DNA of 64,000 bases from a virus. How positions within the stretch are numbered: position 1 is the stretch's first letter; each line of letters begins with the position of its first letter. Where the stretch lies: the IMG/VR virus record IMGVR_UViG_3300011116_000574, positions 36,658 through 100,657 of that record, one strand, 5' to 3'. Below, piece after piece: positions 38,901-46,202 of this stretch. The position numbers and the translations under genes were made by a program. The notes below the pieces were generated by a model, which did not search any database, was not told where the DNA came from, and was given only the letters and a program-made list of their open reading frames with translations.

Positions 38901-39763
38901 CTGGATTATCTTCAGATCAAGTAAGAGATAAGATAAAAGAGCTATACACAAGTTTTGGGGGAAGTAAACAGGCAAAAGCAAATGAAGCGTTAGTTTCTAC
39001 TAAAAATGCAATCCTTGATATTAAAGATGCATCAGAAAAAGCTTTAGCTGTTCAACTTTTCACCAATATGTACACAGCAGACCCAACTGGAAATGTTAAA
39101 GACATGTCAAAGAGAGCAATGGCTGCTGCACATCAATTTACAGCTGCTACAAGTAATATGCCAACATCTCCTCCCACCCCAACACAAGACATGAAAAATG
39201 GTGCTGGTGACGGAAATTGGTATCAAGATCCAAAAGAAAAAGATTATTACTGGTTGTGGAAAGCAAAGGATAAAAAATTCTTTGAGACTCCTTCAGACAA
39301 AGCTGAGATGAAAGAAAAGGAAAGATTTGGATGGCACGACTATAGCGGTGGTAAATGGGGCGCAACAATTGAAGGAAAAGCTTTTGGTGGAATAATACAT
39401 GCAGCTACTGGTATAGGACCAGTTATGGGTCCAGGTGGACCAAGAGATGATTTAATTCCCGCCATGCTTTCAAATGGTGAGTATGTAATTCAAGCATCAT
39501 CTGTAAATAAATACGGAAAGACTATGATGGATGCAATTAATGGAGGAAACTTTTCTCCTAGATACGCAACTGGTGGTATAATGAGATCATATAGTGTTGG
39601 CGGGGATATTAATAACAATAGTGTTCTTCCAGCCCCACAGTACAATGTTAACATTGTTGTAAATGGCGCAAATGCAAGCGCAGATGATATAGCCGATATG
39701 GTTGCAACTAGATTTAGAAGAGAGACAGAAAGTATGTCTTCAGGTAGGAGTTTGAGAGCATAA
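29918..39763 (+). CDS. tape measure protein with internal cargo domains
   Basis: 3281 aa. TP901-type core (aa ~180-500), three PAML-x-x-GE[FY]V motifs, position after the chaperones. Confidence 0.92.
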   Translation: MVNRIDIQVNATGNFGQLHAQIAELKAAVAQLQSKPLLGDTGRATAAQLSQIQTQFDKMLLATRAFNVETVKMSNSIDNFGNRLQAGKLHFSEYARMYRQTMKGMRNELDALADSQARVAKSVVLPDALRTGYARVITNLTSDLKSLNAAEEAAIIKTKALNSVIHGMGTSLVNMGKNTQWAGRQLTVGLTVPVAAFGAMAAKVFKDVNTELTRMQRMYGTGLSLPSEQEIAKVSTAIIDLSKKVAENMGIAQKETVTAAANFAAVGTTGDALIVATEQAMRLSKLGAVNADTAQKTITSLQTTFRVGTKDVAEAVNFLNDIQKQTSTDLQDLTDAIPRVGPIVSQLGGTYKDTAVMMVAMKEAGVPAAQSANAIKSAVASMIGPTRQARDEFEKYGISLTKIKDDTQGNPIKMIEALQTSLQKLSPLVQAQLIEKLFGKFQFARVTALINNLGAAGSQTQNAFLVAKASVSELARLADSEMKIATESTTAKWSRALEGFKSTLLPLGEKFMKFGTKILDFFSKVMHFLDRFKPLENLLVNVLGGAAIVGPILMLVGLFGNLAGNIIKGVNYFRMFAQGAKDGGILAGFKSMANFFEMINIETLASSKNMDGLTTSTQKTVEAFAVLNQEIGIMTRSLNEVFARSTRMPIVASPYAQQTLAQLQTINPEYVGGVTKGLERPHMFPAARLWEGWAANEGNIQGRVPTLNAFLQNRALNPTMEAQENFMRGGMPEQWGAPVPSGGLAAQLQKEYGTEDVIHGPKFGLSKEDVYSRGFQKIENIRSKILDERIAADSKVAIELAKIDALPEEQKVQALTQIIQKVTFTEEQYFNNLIESLVQTQALLTAPEEMLKAVDTKVKTVLADPTIENKSVAIQAILTEFNADFKLLGGTVVEEITKYRTLVQQTILSTTSTFETAIAAANFRAGIVASAEMFGGVRKGALGRFVSMDKQALSQSILMARDIPKGFQTGGAIHAQDGVWVPGTGSGDRVPAMLEPGEFVVNRNAAKQYGGLLEHLNWNAAPRFGTGGTPSPTSVGIRGYQNAGDVEKPRVKAWVPKDLLGLSKGENFFARDMYSPGSQFRRILYGPILDQLRNQGYKDDVIERIKKSFDSDRNLRLYEDRSALSEALSSVIRRGNPYGIDIRAFSEDARGRIMATIENERLRTHEVHDFKYFDPNAPVRFSPTRGMPSIFKPLRKLSFDEAYGGDIGWVRKLVPSLAETYMLAPWKADDYLLEKHGAHILSTARTPRITVAQKGGGIPGYQSGLTVPSMASLNREEQQALMEEYIQKALRPSSALSLLQEEIFSAVSPSQLELIQKGYGHEVLQYNSNLAKILEQYTFNEKSFVLRPGYTPQRESFNLFNTLGKNERFHMGMSKTQFETWQPTSMFSTSERSPLFTRTLAQAIKEQGKGIGSIGVVPEELSLSPFSEKMYQNLRRRGMGIEVTGNEPDFRSTLYETNDIDLEESRNTTRHILDRLLRRITTDKLYNNSFTYNSQKPISGQPGAYSISRGFVDQMDVQHRIPELEARTTMMRFLRQGMFKQKGGGIPGYEQGGGPTWMARGNPYTEAQFQQSLESWIRPVLHGMAPWNNPEKETYRPMGELYKGFYRDIFNDQMRNIGRQDLLRAMVVDNVKGGANMHPWLTNMVNAAEDRYYPPGFQGIRVPAMENIQGPWVAKTTRPFTSFTDIKDTSFLKKRFMPDFGDKRFWNAMNRGNKLPFFLHAMTGPETMGLPVSKLFAGQTYYGNEGEYVLPQGQKFPMTGYSSDLATRLPIVHSIAPGSTKMIGGMRIPVAQTGGMIPGFQEGYTDYLGSKITGPLGYAVQSGITGTYNLETSTGPQTAYLKQMFEPGMFDYGEAPVNKREMVMEAFLNQLQRGLGGSQAAIDQVYSRLIDPSGEGALRETSVLRSKFLEGFETYKSSGLSTAVGVEDFKGRIDPQQTFKRFMESALIGNEDLHDENFGYVGKTPTVVDSGITAIHKLLKGYSGFDNTISEHVNLGNMHDMRKAAMVAKTLLQEQGISIEEFSKTHIDSLRSKLSEELIHNALLKATGGVPELMTVFDELTQKSYGANFVPSITKVLHKRLDSLARFADPTNPMSGALPKSTTPPLASNIMKGFMTTRLQTGGSAWVPGFGEGDRVPAMLEPGEYVINKKAAKAYGGLLEDINWNQAPRFETGNEVGNRQTRRGNVPIAVTKNQVGANIKEFNNMMAGVPRIGSTLIAAGQSLKVSILNGAQALKQSAIATREANMTRGMIAKNELRGLKDSVVNGVRSGVLGAAKAPGAMMRGIGSFGYNSIASIKEGGRNFGTGFMGARQMQPILGADGKQVFDEKGNPQSRYAKFSEAKGVGGKLGYALGRQSRPGMGSMIGGQMLGMAAMQMAGGMQEGTAKSALSGAGMGAMLGGMTPLGPIGGAAIGAIASGAYSMYKQHEQKLKNAATLVKDSLNMSAIAMQHLGVQARDFSNIMIDSSGKATKATSEFQVQVNDYKNAQDEETKTAVQGMKEKLESGDISGLKEIIKTRVATQMSSLVNPNDPEARKKVIQDNKAFVASSGAGIATQREIFSGISSKTTPESAIKQQLKQLGLFDFNSVQKTQMILPAGVNRKKYLEEHPLAGQDLTIANLAAGTNMGANTTQKIQMTKTASSITFDESKMQALITQLQTKTDPMQLGKMLGPLNKASGDVKLFKESMSTVGVGGAGWQKLLESVKKMDPALAKLDQQYGRYITDGTQIIRINNLMSAGMTQLNISQQRQINTNPNLISGLEAQYSAQSAVSGGIADWISNAAQYDAQQNDQADAANKAAEALQSQKDHINNLIDGQNNYIKWQNKAIDGVQKEMDARNKLADTQNKEIERERTLADLKDSVTAARASGNLLQMASAQSKYNEELAKQEEAKKKEAADAADEKKIAAYKANIDKASAQIEKYNKKLEDLDKASNDTTKTQSKNWNTVSGKAHKAENAVNDVGTAIKDVGSGGTWTSLKDFQEKVLGQKGMKGKLEAAGLSSDQVRDKIKELYTSFGGSKQAKANEALVSTKNAILDIKDASEKALAVQLFTNMYTADPTGNVKDMSKRAMAAAHQFTAATSNMPTSPPTPTQDMKNGAGDGNWYQDPKEKDYYWLWKAKDKKFFETPSDKAEMKEKERFGWHDYSGGKWGATIEGKAFGGIIHAATGIGPVMGPGGPRDDLIPAMLSNGEYVIQASSVNKYGKTMMDAINGGNFSPRYATGGIMRSYSVGGDINNNSVLPAPQYNVNIVVNGANASADDIADMVATRFRRETESMSSGRSLRA

Positions 39764-40269
39764 TGCCATATAATGCAAGTGCGGGTATCGCAATAGCAAC
39801 ACAGTCTGCTTCAAATGTATTTTATCCACTAACCGATCATAATCGTCAACCCATAAATTTTGACTATGAAATCATAGAAAGATCAGCAAGAATGGCTGAC
39901 GGAACAATGCGTAAATTTGTTGTTGCTAAAAAAATGAAAATTGGTACATCTTGGAGAGATCTTCCATCTGGAACATTTGCGCCAACAACTGGGTCAAGTC
40001 AAGGCTACACGATGACTGTTGACGGATATAAGGGCGGGGCTTGGATTAAAGACTTTTATGAAACTAACCTATTTAAGCCAGTATATGTAAGAATAACACA
40101 TTCTCAAGATACCGCTAGTGCTAATGCAGCAAGTGCTTTTTACCCATCTCCAACCGCATCAGCATATGAAACTATTCAAGCATTTATGACAGGTTTGTCA
40201 TACGAAGTAACAAAACGCTATACCTTTACAGACTTAGTAAATATATCAATAGATTTTACGGAGATATAA
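39763..40269 (+). CDS. distal tail-like protein
   Basis: RMADGTMRKFVVA, directly after the tape measure gene. Confidence 0.7.
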   Translation: MPYNASAGIAIATQSASNVFYPLTDHNRQPINFDYEIIERSARMADGTMRKFVVAKKMKIGTSWRDLPSGTFAPTTGSSQGYTMTVDGYKGGAWIKDFYETNLFKPVYVRITHSQDTASANAASAFYPSPTASAYETIQAFMTGLSYEVTKRYTFTDLVNISIDFTEI

Positions 40270-43200
40270 TGTTAGGAAGTTCGACAACACAAGCACTTTT
40301 TGCTTCTGCAAATTCAATAGCAATTATTCCAAAATTGTGGGCGGAATGGAATTATAATTCATTTGTTCAGCCATATGTTGTAACATCTTCTAGTGCATCT
40401 AAAATAACAACTAGCTATAATACTGCTGGGTCATGGACATCAGACACAAATGGTTATGTTCAAACAGGAACACTTGGAGACAATGTAAGTTCTAAAATTA
40501 CCCCATCAACACCGCTTGTATTTACTATAATGAGAAAAATAAACACCGATGGTCCGTATAAAGGTCAGATTACATCTGTTTTTTCTGGACCCGTTAAAAG
40601 CTTAAATAATACCGTTGCAGGAAAATTTTATAAGTTTGTTTTTTATGTAAAAGCCTATGATGTTGGAGAAGACTACAATACCCCTAAAAAAGTTAATTTT
40701 ATTTCAGCAAGTAGCAATATAGCTGGATCAACTAGCGTGACTTACAGAATTGCTGGAGTCAATTCTAATAATCAACACATTCAAAATCCTTTAGCGTTGC
40801 CATCAAAAACTGTTACAACTACATCTGGGGCTTCTGTCACTTTAAAATTTCAACCTGGTGGCTATAATACCAGTTCTTTTAAAGTTTATAAAACAATTGG
40901 TACAAATAATACTACACACTATTTAACTACTGTTAAAAACATTCTTGGTAGTACAGCAAGCTATGTAGATGAAACCCCTACAGTTTATGCACAATCATAT
41001 ACCCCTTCAACATACACAAATAATGTTTTTGTTTGTCCAGAATTGACTGCAGTAAATACTGGCGGTAAATCAATTAGTTTAGACTCTTTTACAAGAACAA
41101 CAGATCTTGTTAACGGAGAACTCTCTGGAGTAGAAGGGTCTATAGAAGCGTTACCAGATATTTGGAGACGGGTAGAAGTATGGTTTGGAACCCCACTTGA
41201 CGGACAAAATGAAATAAATAACATAAGATTATCAATTACCGCTATGGCAGAATATGAGTACGCAAAGTTCCTAGTATCTGACATTGAATTGTATCCTATA
41301 ACCGAACACGATTTTTATTTAAACAACTATTACCCAACAGAATCTGCATTTAAACCATTTAGACCTGGAGAAGCTTTATTGCATCCACTTTTACCTAGTG
41401 CAGATCGATGGGTTAAAACAAACACATTTACTGCAAGTTATGCTAAGCCAGCAACATTTGCCGTAAAAACTCCGCAAACTATTTTTACAAAAGAACTTTT
41501 ATCTCCAGAAATTGCAATGCTTCCATCAACATATGATAAGTTTAAGTATTATATTTCATCTTCTAATGAAAGATCTATTCAGGCAAAGTATAATCAATAT
41601 ATTTCTATCAACAAGTTGGTACTAAAATATACCAACAGGGTTTCAAAAATGACATCTGGTAGCGTCATTATATATTCTGGTTCAGGTACAGCGTCTACAG
41701 CAGTAGCCTTGTCATCATCAGATTTTAATGATAATGGAATTACAGTGTTATATTATGATGGGTCAAACTGGTCTACAAGCTCTTGGGTATCTCCCCCCAC
41801 TTTATCTTCAAGCGGGACTTTTCAAAATGTTGCAGCCAGTGTACAGGGAATAACATTTACTGTTCCATCATCAGCAATGAATATCTATAATAGACCAAAC
41901 GGAACATCAACTGAAGATAAGCAGAAAATTCATATAGTAGAAATATCACCTAGATTAGAAATTGATTTATCTCCGTTATTACAAGATTACAATATTAGAA
42001 CAGATTTCACATCCCCAAACACCAATGGTTTTCCAATCTCATACATTAACTCAAATTCTGGTCAGGCTACACTAAGCAATATCCCTGTCTATCAAACTGA
42101 TACTATTGGGGCAACAGTTTTTGAAAATCAATCAGAAAAATCATCATTTTATAATTTGTTGAGACAAGGCGTAAAATTTTATGGTTTCTTGGAATCACCG
42201 TCTTTCCAACCAGACCTGACTGAAAAAATTCCACAATATGTCATGTATGTAAACAACTGGAACATAAATGACTTTAACAATGTTTCGGTAGAAATGTTTG
42301 ATATAACCAAGGTTCATAATGGACTAGAATCACCACACTTTGCTTGTGAAAGAAGTAACCTTTTTGATATTATAACCACATTACTAAACATTATTGGATT
42401 CAGTGACTACGACTACGATGACTTGTGGCAAATTTGTGATTCATCAACTAACACTCCAAGTTTTTGGTATGATGAGTCAAAAAGCGTAATGGACAACTTA
42501 CAAGATCTTTTAGTTTCACATCAAATTAGTGCTTCTATGGATGAGTATGGGGTTATGAGATTTAAGAGCTTAAAAAATCTTTTGCAACAAGTTTCATCTT
42601 TAGAATATATTCCAGACTTTTCAATTACTGATGTTACTAGAACAAATGTTGGATCATCCAGCATTACATATATACCAAATATTATTCCAGACTCATATGC
42701 AGAATCAGTTGGAGACAAAGTTGGAAAAATTCAAATTAAATATAGAATTCCTAAAAATTACAATAGTGCAGATAATGATGAAAAAAACAATACATCTAAT
42801 AACAAACAATGGTCTTTGGATTCAGAATCATCGACAACGGTTTGGGCAGAAGAAGAAGATTTTGCCCTATCAAGCTTTGACCTAGGCTCATCACTTCATT
42901 CTGGTGACAACTACATATCTTTCGATGTTCAGAAGAATTTTTCAGACCCTAGAAAAACAATAACACAGTATCATGGAGACCTCATGATCGGATCTGAAAT
43001 CGTAGGTTATTCTGGAATAGAATATGTATTTTATCCAGTTGGAATACCATATGTCTATCTATCTAGAATAGTTCAAGAGCCAGCCGACATAGCAAGATGT
43101 ATAGAAGAAATAAAAGATGTTTATACATCTAGCGGATTACCGCTATCTAAAGTAGAGTATATTCCTACTGGAAAACTTGTAGGAGTTCAAAGAGGAAAAT

Positions 43201-44768
43201 ATGGAACTTCAATAGAAAACCATGTTATTGCTACAAGTGATTCACTAACAAATTTTGACAAGTATACATATAATATAAGTAGCACAAGTGCAGTTGCTGC
43301 AACAAAAAAGGTAAGTGTTGGCTCAAAAGGAGTAACTTTATCAACAAGTCAAGCAAATGAATATGTTATGCTTTCTCCAAAAAATGATAAAAATGCTGGA
43401 TATAACCTGTTTTCTTTGGACTTTACTGTTCCAATGGAGTCAGACAAAGTAAAAGCAAGAACAGTAACAAATCATTATAAAAAAGTTAATAAAAAGCTGG
43501 TAAAAGATAAAAATGGAACCATTGTGAAAACAAAAAAGGTAAGTGCTTATAGCGACTACCATAATCTTTCAGTAGGAATATTTTTTAATTTAGATGAAAC
43601 AGTTGTTAGCGGTTCGTCAGAATCTTCTGCTACCCACTTCTTAGAGATAAAATCTGCACAATCTGAATTTGGTAAAAGAGAAGTATTATACTATCTATAT
43701 TTTTATAGAATAAAAAATAATAAAAAACAGCTTCTAACAGGTACTATGAAAATAGATAATGTTTTTGATGGACAGCCCCACAGACTTTCTCTATACATGA
43801 ACGATAAAGATATTGCAATATCTATTGACGGAAAAAGAATCATAAATACTAGAAAAACAAAAATTGATGAACCTTTTTATAATAGAAAAGACTCAAGTTT
43901 TGGAGTGTATGTAAGGGCGGAAGAAAAAAATCAATCCGTAAGCATGATTGTTAACGAAATATATGCCGATAAGGTAGATGGAGATTTAACAGGTTGCATT
44001 CCATCCGCACAAAGATACCCAATTGAAAACAAATATTATTTCTCATCTGAGTATGCTTTAAATAATATAGTTGGCGGATTTGCCCAAAGAAAAACATCTT
44101 ACTTATTTCAATCTAAACCAAAAGCATACGGATTAAAACTTTACGATGTAAAGCATAGTCTTAGTCCAATTAGACCTGCCACAGCAAAAATACTTCCAGT
44201 TCAATATGGCTCCAAAGCAACAGCAAGCAAAACAAATGATCAGGCAAATATATTGGGTCCTATAACATCAAAAGATGTGTCTTATTCATCTCTTTATTCA
44301 ACACCCTTTATGTCTAGATTTATTGCCGTCAACAACTCAGACGAAAATGTAATTCTTGCATCTTCTGGAGATTCAGAATCTCACAATCCGCTACAAATAT
44401 TGTCAAACTATCAATTGCTTTCAGAAGAAAGAATCGTAGAGCGAGTCATAGATCCAAACTATACATTAACAATTGATTTGACTACAGATTGGGTGGCATC
44501 AAAAGCTGAGGCAGAGAGTCTGGCAAAACTTTTGGCTAAAGCAACAAACACATTTTATTCAGATATAAATGTTTCAATATTTGGAAACCCATTGGTTCAA
44601 GTTGGAGACTTTGTTGAAGTTACTTATGGACTCAAAAGAATTGGTTATGACCCAACTAATCCATCATTTAATAATACATTGAATTGTATGGTAGTTTCTG
44701 TAGATCAGGGATTTAGCAATAGTTTGGCAGACACCAGATTAGTATTAAAACCCTTGATAATCTCATAA
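40269..44768 (+). CDS. large minor tail/hub protein
   Basis: AEWNYN start, GVQRGKYGT, C-terminal FGNPLVQVGD. Confidence 0.75.
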   Translation: MLGSSTTQALFASANSIAIIPKLWAEWNYNSFVQPYVVTSSSASKITTSYNTAGSWTSDTNGYVQTGTLGDNVSSKITPSTPLVFTIMRKINTDGPYKGQITSVFSGPVKSLNNTVAGKFYKFVFYVKAYDVGEDYNTPKKVNFISASSNIAGSTSVTYRIAGVNSNNQHIQNPLALPSKTVTTTSGASVTLKFQPGGYNTSSFKVYKTIGTNNTTHYLTTVKNILGSTASYVDETPTVYAQSYTPSTYTNNVFVCPELTAVNTGGKSISLDSFTRTTDLVNGELSGVEGSIEALPDIWRRVEVWFGTPLDGQNEINNIRLSITAMAEYEYAKFLVSDIELYPITEHDFYLNNYYPTESAFKPFRPGEALLHPLLPSADRWVKTNTFTASYAKPATFAVKTPQTIFTKELLSPEIAMLPSTYDKFKYYISSSNERSIQAKYNQYISINKLVLKYTNRVSKMTSGSVIIYSGSGTASTAVALSSSDFNDNGITVLYYDGSNWSTSSWVSPPTLSSSGTFQNVAASVQGITFTVPSSAMNIYNRPNGTSTEDKQKIHIVEISPRLEIDLSPLLQDYNIRTDFTSPNTNGFPISYINSNSGQATLSNIPVYQTDTIGATVFENQSEKSSFYNLLRQGVKFYGFLESPSFQPDLTEKIPQYVMYVNNWNINDFNNVSVEMFDITKVHNGLESPHFACERSNLFDIITTLLNIIGFSDYDYDDLWQICDSSTNTPSFWYDESKSVMDNLQDLLVSHQISASMDEYGVMRFKSLKNLLQQVSSLEYIPDFSITDVTRTNVGSSSITYIPNIIPDSYAESVGDKVGKIQIKYRIPKNYNSADNDEKNNTSNNKQWSLDSESSTTVWAEEEDFALSSFDLGSSLHSGDNYISFDVQKNFSDPRKTITQYHGDLMIGSEIVGYSGIEYVFYPVGIPYVYLSRIVQEPADIARCIEEIKDVYTSSGLPLSKVEYIPTGKLVGVQRGKYGTSIENHVIATSDSLTNFDKYTYNISSTSAVAATKKVSVGSKGVTLSTSQANEYVMLSPKNDKNAGYNLFSLDFTVPMESDKVKARTVTNHYKKVNKKLVKDKNGTIVKTKKVSAYSDYHNLSVGIFFNLDETVVSGSSESSATHFLEIKSAQSEFGKREVLYYLYFYRIKNNKKQLLTGTMKIDNVFDGQPHRLSLYMNDKDIAISIDGKRIINTRKTKIDEPFYNRKDSSFGVYVRAEEKNQSVSMIVNEIYADKVDGDLTGCIPSAQRYPIENKYYFSSEYALNNIVGGFAQRKTSYLFQSKPKAYGLKLYDVKHSLSPIRPATAKILPVQYGSKATASKTNDQANILGPITSKDVSYSSLYSTPFMSRFIAVNNSDENVILASSGDSESHNPLQILSNYQLLSEERIVERVIDPNYTLTIDLTTDWVASKAEAESLAKLLAKATNTFYSDINVSIFGNPLVQVGDFVEVTYGLKRIGYDPTNPSFNNTLNCMVVSVDQGFSNSLADTRLVLKPLIIS

Positions 44769-44796
44769 ATGGTATAATATAAGGGTCGGAGGAAAA

Positions 44797-45267
44797 ATGG
44801 CAAAAGCTCATCAAAAGAAAAAAAACAAAAAGGTTAATAAGTATACTAACCCAGTATCCGTTCCTGCAAAAAATAAAATAAAGATAAATCAGGATGACCC
44901 AAGAAATAACAAGTCTTACAAGAACAAAATTGGCGAAATCTATGAAGTTATAGATGAGAATGATTTAGATTTATTAGATGACATAGACACTTATGATTAT
45001 CTATGGGATGAAGATATTGACCCATCTGCATACCTTGAAGATAACGAAGATATGGAAATTCCGACTCCATCAGATACTATGCAAGATTTTTCTTTAGACT
45101 TTTCACTATCTGCCCCAAAAAACTTGTATATAGATCCAAATAGCTTTATGCTGGAGGATAAAAATTCAAATTCAGACGGGGTTGTCAGGTGGACAGCCTA
45201 CCTATATTTTGACGATGTTGCGGGTGCAGAATCTTACGAATACACAATTAATGCGAGGACCACATGA
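44797..45267 (+). CDS. hypothetical tail-module protein
   Basis: GGAGG RBS. Basic N-terminus, acidic middle. Confidence 0.65.
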   Translation: MAKAHQKKKNKKVNKYTNPVSVPAKNKIKINQDDPRNNKSYKNKIGEIYEVIDENDLDLLDDIDTYDYLWDEDIDPSAYLEDNEDMEIPTPSDTMQDFSLDFSLSAPKNLYIDPNSFMLEDKNSNSDGVVRWTAYLYFDDVAGAESYEYTINARTT

Positions 45268-46202
45268 TAAAAGGTAAATATGTTTTTAAAGTAAATGGAG
45301 AAGTAGTTTTTGAAAAAGAAAATGTTATTACTCAAAATGGCATAGATATGATTAATCGCTATTTAGCTCAAAGTGTTCAGGATTGGGCGGGAACCGTAGT
45401 AGTTGGTGCATTAGGAACTACATCTGCATCTACAGATACATCTCTTGCCTATGAGATTAGTAGGTCTCCCGTCATATTGAGAACATACTCTCCATCTGGA
45501 ACATATGTAAACGGTGCTGTTAGTGGATCAAATCAAATAGTTATAAAAGCTAGTTTAGATCCACTTTTAATTGGTTCAATTTATGAAATTGGTATTATTC
45601 CTCAAAATTTCACACAAACATCTACCAAAAACAATTTTTACTTAACAGAATTTGATGAGATTTATGGTACATCTGGATTAAGTGATTGGATATCTAGTGG
45701 TGCAAGTGCTAATAAAACTTTATACGCTAGTTCTAGATTTGGAAACTATAACATAACATTGACCGCAGGAAGCGTTGTTTCTAGATCGAACTTTGATTTA
45801 GATTTTACCGATTATAATACAAATGACTTTTTACAATTACTTTATTTTGCAACTGGAGCAGCTCCATCCGCATCAGTAATATTTTCATTTACAGATACAT
45901 CTGGAAATTCTTGGGTTGCTCCAACAATAACTTTAAATCCAGGAGCAAGTGGATATTTTACGGCATCAACATTACTGTCTAATAGTCCAGCTTCAGCTTT
46001 TAATTACAGTGTTAGCACAATTAGTGCCAGTGCTGGAAGTGCTATATCGGGGGTCATTTATTTAGACTCCTTGAAACTGATGGCGGGAGATGCAAAAACT
46101 ACAGAAGAACAATTAGTTAGTAGAACATCTTCTTCTGCAGGACTTGTCACAACAAAGTATGGTCAGCCAACAGAAATTGAATACTACCTAACGGTGACAT
46201 AA
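45264..46202 (+). CDS. minor tail protein
   Basis: ENVITQNG...DTSLAYEISR...IYEIGI. Confidence 0.7.
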   Translation: MIKGKYVFKVNGEVVFEKENVITQNGIDMINRYLAQSVQDWAGTVVVGALGTTSASTDTSLAYEISRSPVILRTYSPSGTYVNGAVSGSNQIVIKASLDPLLIGSIYEIGIIPQNFTQTSTKNNFYLTEFDEIYGTSGLSDWISSGASANKTLYASSRFGNYNITLTAGSVVSRSNFDLDFTDYNTNDFLQLLYFATGAAPSASVIFSFTDTSGNSWVAPTITLNPGASGYFTASTLLSNSPASAFNYSVSTISASAGSAISGVIYLDSLKLMAGDAKTTEEQLVSRTSSSAGLVTTKYGQPTEIEYYLTVT

